A DNA stretch of 64,000 nucleotides. Origin: the human T2T-CHM13v2.0 reference genome, Homo sapiens. The notes beneath the pieces are model-generated. The model ran no database searches, was not told the origin of the DNA, and saw only the letters and a program-made list of their open reading frames with translations. A program made the translations under genes and the position numbers. The DNA lies in assembly GCF_009914755.1 (NCBI RefSeq), contig NC_060925.1; one strand, written 5' to 3'. Every line of letters starts with the position of its first letter. The stretch's first letter is position 1. Positions 42,001 to 57,298 of this stretch are shown piece by piece.

Positions 42001-42299
42001 AGACACCCAAGTTGCCACCGGAAACTATGAGTCTGGGGTTCTTGGAAGTGGTCCAGGCTGGAGATTGAGACTGGGAAGTCATAGGCCTATAGCTGGTATT
42101 TACAACCAGGGACTGGGAGAGAGCCCCAGGGTTCATGTGTAGAGAGAATAGAAAGGGACCCAGGAATGAGCCCTGGACGCTGGCTAACATTAAGAGGCAG
42201 AGCAAAGGATGAAACAGCAAAGGAGACTGGGAGGGACCCGCCGAACAAGTAGGAGAGCTCCTAAGAGTCACAGCAGCCAGTAAGCAAAGCAGAAGAGAG

Positions 42300-42914
<615 letters not shown>

Positions 42915-44058
42915 ATATACCAGGGAGTGTTCTGTATGGAGATACAAATGAAGGCTATGTGTCTCAGTTACCTATTGCTATGGAAGAGACCACCCCAATA
43001 CTCAGCAACTTAAAACAATGTACATTTATGATTTCATAGTTTCTCTGACTTATGACTCCAACTACAGTTTTAGCTGAGTATCTCTGCACAGGGCCATTCC
43101 CAGGCTGAAACTGTTGGCTGGGGCTGCATTCATTTCAAGGCTTGACTTTCTGAGAGGTGGCAGAGGATTTGTTTCCAAATCTACTCATGTGACTGTTGGC
43201 AGGATTCAGCTGTGGCTTGTTGGGCTGAGGGTCTGAGTTCCTTGCTGGCTGTTGACAGGGGTACTCCCTGGGCCCCTTGCCGCATAGGGTGCTTCGCAGC
43301 ATGGCAGCTCTGCCACCTGTCTTTCAGGAGAAGATGAGCAAGAGGGATAGCAGGTCCTTTTGCAACCTAATTTCAGAGGTGACTTCCTGTGTCTTTTGCC
43401 ATATTTTGTGAGTTGGAAGTGAGTCATTAGGTGCATCCCACACTAAAGGGGTGGGGACTCCACAAGAGGGTGACTGCAGGAGCTGGGGATCATTGAGGGT
43501 CATCCTAGAGGCTGCCTGCCACAGCCAGGGAGTGGAGGAAGCTGAAGAAGGGTGCAGCCTGAAGCGGGAGTGAGGAGCCTGACAACTCAAGGGGTGGCAG
43601 AAAGGGAGAGAACTGGGACAGAGAAGAGCCTGAGAAGCAGGGAACAGTGTGTACGTTCTGTGAGCAACACAAACAAAAGTCACTGCTTTCAGTTTTGCAA
43701 ACTTAATTCTCATCTAAGCCCTCTCAGACACGTGTTAGAATTCCCATCTTTCAAATGAGGAAACTGAGGCTGGGCGAGGGCTGTAGAGATGGAGAGAGTT
43801 GGATGGGTTCAAAGAGCGCTCATTAGGGATGGATTGCAGGGAAGGGTGGGTGAGGAAGTGAGCAGGATCATGGCAGACATGGATTTGGTGGTTTCTGTGG
43901 AGATGGGAAATGCCACGAGGTCTCCTTATTGTTCTGTCAGGGGTGACTCAGTCCCCGTGCATCAGGGTCAGCTCCCATGAGGCCTGGGACTTGAGTGGGG
44001 CCTCCGTGGTGGCTTGGAAGCTGCTCCCCACCACAGGCCATTTTCTCTTCTCTTGCAG

Positions 44059-44229
44059 CTTTGGATACCTCCCGCTTTTGGCTGTCGACCTGAGTATGAC
44101 AATGGATTGGAGGAGATTGTCTTTGGCTTTGAACCCTGGATAATTGTGGTCAACCTGGCCATGGCTTTTTCTATTTTCTATGCAATGCACGCAGCTGCCT
44201 CCCTCTTTGAGGTCTATTGTAAGATATAG
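44059..44229 (+). pseudogene. OTOP1: OTOP1 pseudo-exon 6 (terminal coding part)
   Basis: tcttgcAG| then LWIPPAFGCRPEYDNGLEEIVFGFEPWIIVVNLAMAFSIFYAMHAAASLFEVYCKI* (TAG ends 44229). Confidence 0.95.
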
Positions 44230-45614
44230 TCTAAGTCCACAAGAGACTAACAAGTGACTAACAAGAGTGAGCTAACAAGAGTTCATTGGAGCCAACTGGG
44301 AATGGCCAGGTTGGACAAATATTGCCTGACAAACATGAGAAGGGCCACCTTTTGTCTGCAAAGATTGTGCTTCCTGTGGGCTGGAACTGCCCATCACCCC
44401 TGATGAATGTAAACAAGTTAGATCAAAATCCATAAGGTGGCTGGAATCTGTCCTTGGTTAGTTAAATGCTAATCAAGCCCAAATTATTTTATTGCCTTCT
44501 AAATGATTTAGAAGAATGTGATTCTGGCTTGGGAAAAAATCTATCCAGTTTGTTTTTCATAAAAAGCATTTTCTTTGTGTCATTTATCATGTGACTCCAT
44601 ACAACCTTTTCCTGACCACCTGCATAGTAATTTATACTTTAAAAATTTATCCTTCTCAAAGCCTATGAATTTAGACACAATCACTATTGTTTCTGAATAG
44701 GTTTAATTTCTTGAAGTTATTTTTATCAGCTGGATAGAAATTTGTATACAGACCCATATAAAAACACATTTCTTACCTGAAATGTTGGCACATTTTTGTG
44801 ATCATTTTCAAGTATTTTTAAAAAGAAATTTCACTGTTCTCTCTTTCACTGTAAATACACACATGTTTATTGTAAAAAATTTGGATATTTCAGAAAAGTA
44901 GAGAGAAAAAGTCACCTACGATGCCATTGTTCAATTAACAATTACTTTTAATATCTTGGTGTATTTCTTCCGACCATGTTGATGAGATTCTTTTTATTGT
45001 CATTATTATACCTTTGAATGGTGATGTAACATATTTGATTTTGTATTCAGTTATTTTCCTACTTAACAATATGGCATAAACCTTGCCCCCATATTGTTAT
45101 AAGTTCTTTATAAATATCATTTTAATGCTGTATGATAGTCTATCAAGTGAATGTACCTTAATTAACATAGTTTCCTATGGTTGGTTTTACAGTGTTTATA
45201 ACTTTTTGCTTTTATAGGTAACTCTGCAAAAATCAACCATATTTGTGAAGCATTTCCTATATTTAGAATTGCTTCTTTAAGATATGGAATTACAATTAGG
45301 ATGCCTAGTCCAAAGATTAAGTTTAGAAATATTTCAAAGGTGCCTAAGGAATATTGACATTTGGGAGGCCTTTGTATAGCTTTTCCACAGCTATTTTAAA
45401 ATAATAATAAAATTAATTTTCTTAATGTAAGTATTAATGTATCTTTTCATTTGAGTGTATTTTTTTTCAGACAGTGCAGGCAATGGGACAGTAATAAATA
45501 CAAAGTTTTTTTTTAACATGACTAAAGTACACTTATTTTAGAAAAAACTAAAAAATAGGCATATATACTAAAAAACAAAGGAAAGCATCATCTATACATG
45601 TCCCATCTAGAGAA

Positions 45615-46037
45615 TCGGTTCTCCAACTGGGGACCTTGTTCCTTGAGGGGACATTTAGCAATATCTGAAGACATTTTTTAATATTTATTTTTTATTAAAA
45701 TTAAAATAAATCTAAATTATACATAATATTTATACATACTTACAGGGTACATGTGATATTTTGATATAAACATATAATAAATAATAATCAAATCAGGGTG
45801 ACAGATATTCATACCCTCAGGTATGTATCTTTTTTGTGTGTTAGGAACATTCTAATTTCACTATGTTAGTTACTCTAAAATATACAATAAATTGTTGTTA
45901 ACTATAGTTGTACTTTTGTGCTACCAAACACATTTTTGATTGTTACACTACTGCACCCAGGGATACTGCTAACACCCTACAACACACAGGACAGCCCCAC
46001 CACAAAGTCTTCGGGCTGATTGTCAATGGTGCTGAGG
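45615..46037. mobile_element. MER20 split by an L1 3' fragment
   Basis: MER20 halves (ggggacatttagcaatatctgaagacatttt / acaggacagccccaccacaaag) flank ~250 bp of L1; acattttt occurs on both sides. Confidence 0.6.
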
Positions 46038-46098
46038 TAATCTAGAGGTAATTGCTGTTAAGTATTGTTATCTAGGTAGCTATTAGTACACACACACA

Positions 46099-46819
<721 letters not shown>

Positions 46820-48853
46820 TGAAGGCGGTGTTTTTATGTATACTGCGTTTGTATGTAACTTGCTTTTTTCCTCTTGATACACCAGAGTGCTTCTTCCCTA
46901 TTTTGGGTCCCAGGCATCGATGCTCTGGCTTTAGTGTGCCTGAGACTCATCTGGGGAACTTGTTAGGATTCCTGCCCTCCAAGCTGGAAGTGCAGATTCA
47001 GTCTGGAGGGGGGCCCGGAAGTCTGCACTTTCATGAGCATCTCAGGGGGTGCCAACTCCCTTTGATAAGCATCTCCTTGGACGTCCATGGACCCCAAGCT
47101 AGGACTCCCGAGTAAGTTTCCTTGACATTGCATATCCATATGCAGTATGATTTTGGGTGGATTTAAGGTACATTCCATGGAAGGATGTACCATTCCTTAT
47201 TTTTTCAAACGGTGATGTTGGACATTTAGAGATATTTAGGTGGTTCCTTTTTTTGGTGCTACTGTAAACAATGCTATGGTGATCATCTTTGTAACTGAGT
47301 CTTTGAGGTCAGTAACAAACTATCCTCTGGAGTGATTTATGCTGACTAAGCAGTGACTGAGCAGGAATACAGGTTTCCCCATTTTGGTTGGCATTACCTT
47401 TACCCCTGTTCTAAGCACATTAGAAAAGCCCTGAGGCCTCAGCTGTGGGTTTTGGGCTCTTCCAAGGAGACAAAGGAGCTATCATAATGCTGGGAATGAT
47501 GGATCCAGGCTGTGGGGATGCTATTGTGGACACAGGGCAGCATCAGAGCTTGGAAAAGCCTGCATGGCTGGCCAGGCTCAGCGTTTCCAAGAAAGGATCT
47601 AAAGATGGATGAAGCATCTCCTATCCTCAACAGGCAGCCTCAGGGATGGCTATTTCAGCCAGGTGCTTTTTACCTCCAAGTAATTAAGCATCCTGACTCA
47701 ACCAGCGTAGGTGGCAAGGAAAATTTACTATCTTAATGCCAAGGCAATTTGCCAAAGAGGAACCAGAATGTGCAATACACAAGTGTTAAGGTCTCAGGGA
47801 ATACAAATTGAAATAATAATGAGTTACCACTTCCCATTCATTAGATTGGCAAGAGTTGGCAAGAAGTGAAAGAAAGACTCATATATACTGCTAGTGGGAG
47901 CGTAAATGAATAAAATCAGATAGGACAGCAATTGGCAATATTGACTAAGGCTGGAGGTACACATTCCTTACGACCTAAGAATTCTGTTCCCTGGCATGTG
48001 CTCCAGAGACAACCTCACACCTGTGTTCAGGAATGTTCACTCAGCATAATTGTAATTAGGAAAATGGAAAACAGCCTAAATGCCTGTCAATTAGGAGTGC
48101 AGATAGACACACTAGGGACAATTTCCATAATGGACTATTTCACAAGAGGAAAAAATGAACACAACAGAATTCATGTATCAACATGGATAGTCCCCCAAAA
48201 CAATGTTGAATGAAACATTAAGTAGTGTAGGGGTATAATTGGTATGATACCATTTATATGATGTCTAGGAACAAGCAAAACAATCCCTGATATTGCTGGG
48301 GGATATGTCCATATGTAGTAAGATTACAAACACACCTGAAGAAAGAATGCATGCCAAGTTCAGTGTAGTGAGAAGGGGAGGGGCTTGGAACCAGCAACTG
48401 AGTTCATGCTGTGTCCGAAATATTTTTTCTTAAGCAAAGATGTATTCATTATGTTTTCATCTGCACTCTTAAAATGTACTCTTTAAATGCACTTTTAATG
48501 TATTTTAAAGAAATTTTAAATGAGATATTTAATAATACAAGTATTTGAGAGCAATAAAAAAAGAAAGTCCATACAAGGAAGATGAACTTAGAGAGAGCTA
48601 CCAGAGCAGGTAAATTTCCAGCATTCTTCCATCATTGTTGAGAGATGGGTGTCAAAGCCAGTGGTGTTCTGTTCTCCTTGGCAGGTAGATCCCCAAGGTG
48701 GTGTAGCTCAATGCAATTAGCTGGTAAGATCACCGGACTCACTCTTCCAGGGATGACTCCGTGCACATTAGGAAACCTGACATTGGTTTGCCTTCCAATG
48801 TCGCTCTTTTCTGTGGGGGCAATGCCCTGGGCACACATATTATCAGAACAATC

Positions 48854-49217
48854 TGCAATGGACTGGATGTTTGTTTCCCCCTTAAATTCATATGTTGAAG
48901 CTTAATGGCAATGTGGTGGTATTTGGAGGTGTGGTCTTTGGGAGGTAATGAGGTCATGATGGTAGGACCGTTGTGAATGGGATTAGCGCCTGTAAGAGGG
49001 GGCCAGAGAGCTTGTGCACTTCTTTTCTGTCATGTGAGGATGCAATGAGAAGACAGCTGTCTGTGACCTGGAAGAGGGCCCTCACCAGAACCCAACCATG
49101 CCAGCACTGGCACCCTGATCTTGGGCTTCCAGCCTCCAGACCTGTGAGAAATAAATGCCTGTTGTTGATTAGCCACCCAGCTTGTGCTATTTTGTTACAG
49201 CAGCTTGCACTGAGTAA
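48854..49217 (+). mobile_element. MLT1A/MST-type MaLR LTR
   Basis: tgcaatggactggatgtttgtttccccc...aattcatatgttgaag...ccagcctccagacctgtgagaaataaat. Confidence 0.8.
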
Positions 49218-50553
49218 GTTACTCCCTTACCTGCTGTAACCGTATACAGGAGGGGCCTGTGCATTTGGTAGCTTGGGTTCCTCCCTGAGCCTGTGAAACT
49301 CAGATTTGAACTCATGTATTTTGGGTGCCATGACTCTTGTCGAGGCAGAGTGAAAGGGCAAGGGCATGGAGCTAGATATCCAGGGTGACAACAGGCTCCC
49401 ATGGTGCCTGAGTGTGCATTAAAAAAAGCACCCCTTCCACAAGACATTCTCCAAACTGTCGAACCAAACCCACCAGCATCTTCCTACCTGCCCATGTGCC
49501 GGGGTGGGGGGAAAATTAGACATGTTTGTCTCCCCACTACAAATGTCGGCCAAAAGATCCAACTGGAAAATGCTTGCTACTACCTTCCAGTTTCACGACC
49601 CTCTCAGCTAAGGAAGCCCTTCCTGCATCCATGTCTCTCTATGCCTGTCTGTGAAGTCCCAGCTCACAGCTGACCTGGTTAGGTAAGCACTGTTATTTTG
49701 TTTCAACGGAGGGAACTTTTGGATTACATGTACATAGCTAGTCAGTGGCAGCATTTGGTTCATCACGCTGGTTTTAAAAACTCCATTGCCTTTTCTCTTC
49801 ATTAGTCCTATCATCTTATGAAGAAAGTCAACTCAGTAAAAATATCCGTCAAACAATGGCTTAGGGATATGCGTACAGAACAATCAAATCAGCTGACAGA
49901 ATATCTGGCTTTTCACCCAGTTATAAAATGTTGTGCTTTGCTTAACATGGTGAAGAACGAAAGCTGCTAACAGCTGATTTCTTTCTCCCAAAATGTGAGC
50001 CCTGCTATGGGAGAGCGCAACCAGCAGGGGGTGCTGGCGTCTTTCCCTGAACTTCAGGGCACGCTTGAGAGAGGGTACCTGGCGGGTGGGCAGTGGCCTC
50101 AAGTTACCAAACGAAGGGGTGGGCGCAAGGTGTGCTGATTGGACTCCATTGGCTGCGCTGGGTTCCCGTAGCGTATGTGAGAGATACCTGTCACCACTTC
50201 CCGGCTAAGACCCAGCCAGTTTCAGCAAGGACGTTCCCTCCACTGGACCCACCAGGACCCACTCCCTGCAGGGCACCATGGTCCCTCTCAAGAGGCTTTG
50301 GAGGAACTTGGGAGTTACAGGGTGTTCCCCTGATGGGAGAGTCCCTGGCATGCCGCGTGTGAATGGGACTGAGTTGGGTGGGGGAGGCTAGGAGGGCACT
50401 TGTGCTGGGTGTGATGGGGGAATGTAGTCCATGTTAGTTCCTCCTAAGAGCAGCCACTAAGAGGACTCTGGGGAGGGACAGATGGGTGCAGTGTTTTAAC
50501 CCACAAATGGGAGGGTAATTCTGGCATGATGGTGGTTTTAGCAATGTTAGTAA

Positions 50554-50965
<412 letters not shown>

Positions 50966-52045
50966 TAGTAGAAAATACAAACTCCTACCCGTGGACTATT
51001 GGGGCTATCACGATCTGGGCTCTGCATCTCCATCTTCTCATGCCAGTCCCATCCTCTGCCTCCCCAACCCCATCGCCCTTCCTCCTGCATGGCTGCAGCC
51101 ACACCTGGCTTCTTCTCTTTAATATTCCTACCATGCCTGCCCCACAGGACCTCCGCAGGAGCTGCTCTCTCTGGGGTGTGCACTTCTGGCTCAGGGCAAG
51201 GATCCATCTTTCTCACCCTTCAGGCTGTGTGTAGATAGATGTCCCTCTGTAGTGAGGTCCTCACTATCCAGCTCATTACGCTTCACTTCGGCACCCTGTC
51301 CAGACCCTTCACAGTCAGCTGCCAGCTGTGTTTTCTTATTTATTGGTGCTCATCCAGTCCAGTCCTGGATGGGACTGCCTGCCTCATGAGGGCATGAGCT
51401 TTGCCTTCTCCTCTCCCAGAACCTCCCTGATGTGGTTGCTTGGACACGTGGGCCACCCTCCCAACACCAGACTATCGCAGGGTGCGGGAAGGGCTGGGGC
51501 CGCCGCGGGCCTTGAGGATCGCCATGTTTCCTTCTCTAGTTTTTGAGACATTGGTGAAGATCCTCTGCCTGCTTCTAGCACACACATCCTGATCTCCTTC
51601 TGCCTTCAAGACACAAGATGGCGCTTTAAGCCTGGTTGTTAAGAAAGAGGACTACAAACGCTTGAGTTTCTTCCCTCTGCTCGCTCTCAGACGTGGCTTG
51701 CGAGGGGATTTGTGGGGTCCACCTCTCCACAGCTTGGTGGGTGGGTTCCGTCCTCCTCCTCGGACAGGGCAGGACCAGCAGCCAATCACTCCTTCCTGCC
51801 AGAGAAGGAAGTGGCGCTCAAACTGTTTTTCTGACATCAGTAATATCTGCCTACACTCCTCCAGCAGGCATCTCTGAAACATCAGTTTTGGGTGATTGGT
51901 CTAAGCCAAGCACCTTTGATAGCAAGGGTAAGCCCGCTATCCTTTGCTGGAGATGGGCACGGAGAGGGCATGTGAAGAGTGCCAGACCAGGCGTTGACAA
52001 ACTATGGCTCATGAGAAGAATGGAGTGTACATTTTTAAAGGGTCA

Positions 52046-52108
<63 letters not shown>
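52046..52108. repeat. (CT)n(CA)n microsatellite
   Basis: Seen directly. Confidence 0.9.
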
Positions 52109-52111
<3 letters not shown>

Positions 52112-53747
52112 TATGCTGCAGAGATCATATGTGACCTGACAAGCCTAAAATACTCACTATCTGGTCCTTTATAGGAAATGCTTACTGACCTCTGGTCTAA
52201 ACACTGAGAGGTAAGGGACCTCTGCTGCACCGCCCTGGAGGGATTTTTGATCCCTAAATAAGAAGAGGTGAGGAGGAAGCCTGCCCTTCCTCCTGGCCTG
52301 AATGTGCTTCTGAGAGGCAGTCAAGCCTGGAACTGTGGCAGCCGGCTTGTGACCATGAAGAAACCAGCCCAAGAAGAAAGGCCAACCTGCCAAGGAGGGA
52401 ACAGGAGCCTGGGGCCTCGAGGACTTTGCTGAGCCTTCGTGTGACCCTGGAGCCACCTTCCTCTGGAGTTCTTGTGATGGCAGATAATTCAATGTTGTCA
52501 TTGTTCAAGCCAGGGGTGGGTGAACTTTTTCCATAAAGGGCCACATGGAAAACATTTTAGGCTCTGTGTGGGCCATGAGATCTCTGTTGGCACTACAACC
52601 CTAAAAACAACCATAGACAATGTGTAAATGAATGGGTACACCTATGTTCCAATAAAACTTTACTTATAAAAATAGATGGTGGGCTGAATTTGGCCCTGAG
52701 GGCCAGAGTTTGCTGCGTATTTTGTTTGTTTGTTACTTGCAGCTGACCTATCCTAACTAGTACTCCCTGAAGTCTGCCTCAGCTCAGAAGCGTCCTTGGG
52801 TTCCAAGCCACAGGGGCTAAGCTTGAGTGTGGGTGGGGTCTGCAGCAGGGTGGTGGGAGGGATAAGCACATAAAGGCCCACACATTGATCTGCCCTTTCT
52901 ATGGTCCAGGTCGTGCTTTCCTGCAATATCTTCTCATCATGGGCCTAGCAATCATGATGGGAAGGCCTCACTTTAAGAGAATGCTTTCAGCATTTCCAGG
53001 CGGTCCCTGCTTGCCCTCAACACTACATGTAGGCCTCAGCCTCCACACCTAGCATGTTTGTTAAGCAAGACTAAGCCACATGAAGCAACAGGGCAAGGGG
53101 AGGGCCCTTGTGTTCTCAGGGTCCCACGGCAGAAGTGTGGTTCCGGGAGAAATGGGGGAGTGTGCCCTTCCCTGAACAAGCATATTCCCTCAGTGTGGAG
53201 GAGCCCCTCCAAAATTTACAAGTGCTGTGATGACACGATGCTCATTCAGACCATCAGCTGCAGACAGATTGCAGAAATATGTAAGGGCTCTGTCCTTGGA
53301 GGTAGGATCTGGTTGCTCCTTGTTCCCTAAGCTTGGCCCTGAAGGGAGGGCAGGATTCCAGCCAGAGTGAATGAAGAGTGAGGCTTTGGGGAAGGGCTCG
53401 GATTGCCTCTCGTGCTTGTGTTCAGATTCCTGCTGATTGGTTGTTCCCCAGGGAGACGAGGCTTCGAGGCCAGGTCTCTGCTCTGAGTTAACTTCACCAC
53501 CCTGCACCTTGGTGGCAGTAAGAGAGCGACCTCAAAGGGCCGCTGAGAGAATTGAGGTGGATGCCTGTACAGCTCTAGTTATGGCACCCATTCCGGCCCC
53601 TGGCAAGCTCTTACTACGGTTGCAGGTGTAATTTCCAGTCTCTGCCTCCAGGGATTGCTGCTGAGCACAGACACGTTTCTCTGCTCACAGAGTGAGGCCG
53701 CCAAGATGATTCTCAGATCTCTGGTTCTGTATACAGCCCAGATAGCC

Positions 53748-54200
53748 TGTGAAAGGGGGAATGATAACCCCCAAAGATGTCCACGTCCTAACCTCCAGAA
53801 CTAGTGAATGGGATGTTGGCAGAAGAGACTCTGTGGATGAGATTACTTCAAAGATTTGCGACGGGGAGACTATCGTGGGTTATCTGTGTGGATACGCAAT
53901 GTAATCACAAAGTGTCCTTATAGATGAAGAGGGAGGCAGAGGAGATTCGACTACAGAAGAGAAGGTGATGCGACCGTGGAGGCAGAGATTGGAGTGATGT
54001 GCCCACAATTCACAATGCCAGCAGCCACCAAAGAGGCAAGGAATGGATTCTCCTCTAGGGCTTTTACCAAGGGTCCTGGCAACACCTCAGTTTTAGTCCA
54101 GGAAGACTCGTTTTGGATTTGTGACCTCCAGAACTATGAGAGAATACATCTGTGTTGTTTGAAGCTGCCAGGTTTGCAGTAGTGTGTTAGAGCAGCGTGG
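53748..54200 (+). mobile_element. MLT1D-like MaLR LTR
   Basis: cccccaaagatgtccacgtcctaacc...gacctccagaactatgagagaatac. Confidence 0.75.
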
Positions 54201-54259
54201 AAAATCCATTGAGTCCCATTGCCCTGCTTTTTATGCCTTGATGCCTTGTACAAAAGCAG

Positions 54260-55045
<786 letters not shown>

Positions 55046-55596
55046 AAACAAAAGCAGAAAAGAGGGCAAATGAGAGTGGGACTGTGATCTCATTTTGCCC
55101 AGGATGAAGCTGGGTGACCCGGGTACAGAGCAAGCCCCTTGGCTTCTTGAGCTCCCATGTGCAGAGTGAGGGGCGGATGCAGGGGCAGGGTGTGACTTTG
55201 ATGAACATTCCCTCCAGGTGGCTCTGCCCTCGGCCCCCTCTCAGGATTGTTTGTAGCTCTTTGCCTCTTCTTGGCCATTTGGAGTTTTCAGGGGCCCTAC
55301 TAGGTCCTCTTGACTTCTCACTTTGCTCTCCTTGGTGGTCTAATTCATGGCCAAGGGCCCACCTGCCGTCCAGACACTGCTTTTCAACCTGACCTCTCAG
55401 CTCCAGGCTGGTTATTTCCAACAGCCTACTTGGGTGTCTCAAAGGCACTTTACACTCAATGTGTCCAACACTGAACTCAAGGCTCCCGGCATCGCCATTC
55501 AGTTATCCCTCCACATTTCCAACCCTATGGATTGCACTAGCGTCTGTCCATTATGCAGGCCAGGCTGCAAAGGCTGTCTCAACGCTGCCCTTATGC

Positions 55597-56225
55597 TGTC
55601 GGGGCTTAGAACATGACACCCCAAAGCGTGGTGCCTCAGCCTGAGTATTTTGAACTGAAGGACATTGGAAGGAACTCAGAAGCAAGGTCTTTCCAACCTC
55701 CTCAGACCCTCTCTTCTGCTTGCCTTCATCCTCCAAAGTGAGTCACAGAAACCAGAATTTATCTTCCTCAAGATGGGTCATAGAACCTAGAAACCCTCCT
55801 GCTAAAGCAAACCATAAAACCTAGAAAGGTCACTCTCTATCTTCTCCTTCTCCTTTGAAAACTCTCATTTCAGAAAGGGTCCCGCCCCATACCCAGGAGG
55901 AATGGAGGCTACACAGAGAGGCTGAGAAGAATCTGAGCAGACAGTTTTGCTGGGTCCCCTTTCAGTCTGTTCCCAGTAGGTCATACCCGTTTGTCCAATC
56001 ACATTTCTATCTGGCTGTCCATTCTTCATCTAATCTAAGCATAAAAATTAACAGTTTTCCCTGGGCCTTTGGGTTGTCATTTCTGAAGCCTCCCATGTCA
56101 CATAAAACTTGGATTAAATAAATTTGCTCTGTTTTTCTCTTGTTAATGTGTCTTTTGTTATAGGAGTGTTGGCCGTGACCCTTAAGATGGATAAGTAAAG
56201 GACTCACACCTTCACAGCTCTACAG
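55597..56225 (+). mobile_element. ERV1-class solo LTR (MER4-group)
   Basis: TGtcggggcttagaacatgacaccccaaag...attaaataaatttg...tcttttgttataggagtgt. Confidence 0.6.
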
Positions 56226-56992
56226 CCCCATCTCCAATAAGTAGCCACACCTGCCACTTCTACCCACAAATACCTGGATTCCGCTCATCTCTTCCCATTG
56301 TCATTCCTACCACTCAATTCCCTGTCACCATCATCTCCTGATGGGTCTTCTGGAGCAGCTTCCTCACTCATCTCTCCAGTTCATCCCTTGCTTCTACCAG
56401 TCTATCCTTGCTACGGTAAAACGGGCATTTGAGAAAGGCAATTACACGGTTACCCCTCCCCTGCTCAGCACTCTCCAATTTGATGGACACCAAAATCCTT
56501 GCCTTGGTCCCCTTGGTCCTGCGTGCCCTCCTCTCTGGCCTCATCTCAAGCCACTGCCCTCGTGCTGCACTCTTCCTCTGTAATCCACACTGCTGGCTTC
56601 TTTTCCTTGAATGTGCTATGCTCTCTCCTGCTGCAGGAGGGCCTTGCACTTGCTGCTTCCTCTTCTTTCTTCTAGTGAATTCCTATTCCTCCTTCAGCTC
56701 TCCATTCAAGCCAGTGCCTCAGGGAAGTCTTCCCTCACCTCTAGACCAGGTCTGGTGTCCCTGCCATGAAGCCTCACAACACCATCCAGCTTTCCTTCCT
56801 TGCATCTGTCATAGCTTTTGATCATACAATGATGTGTGGGACTTTCTGAATAGTGGTCCCTCTTTACCAATTAACTGTGAGCCTCAAGAGAAAGGAATAA
56901 TGTCTGTTTGCTCCTCCTCTGTATCCCTAGTGGTGGTAGAAGAGGAGATCAATAATTATCCTCAAATGAACTAAAATGAATGGATGCTTAGA

Positions 56993-57298
56993 TTTTTTTT
57001 TTTTTTTTTTTTTGAGACAGGGTCTTGCTCTGTTGCCCAGATGTGATGATCATGGTTCACTGCAGCCTCAACCCCTGGGGCTCAAGTGATCCTCCCACCT
57101 CAGCCTCCCAGGTAGCTGGAACTACATGCATCCACCTCTATGCCTGGCTAATTTTTGTATTTTATTTTATTTTATTTTTTTAGAGATGGGCTATTTTTAC
57201 GTTGCCCAGACTCGTCTCGAACACCTGGGCTAAAGCAATCTGCCCACCTCGGCCTCCCAAAGTACTGGGATTACAGGCAGGAGCCACTGTGTCTGGCC
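56993..57298 (-). mobile_element. AluJ
   Basis: Poly-T followed by an antisense dimer. Confidence 0.85.
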
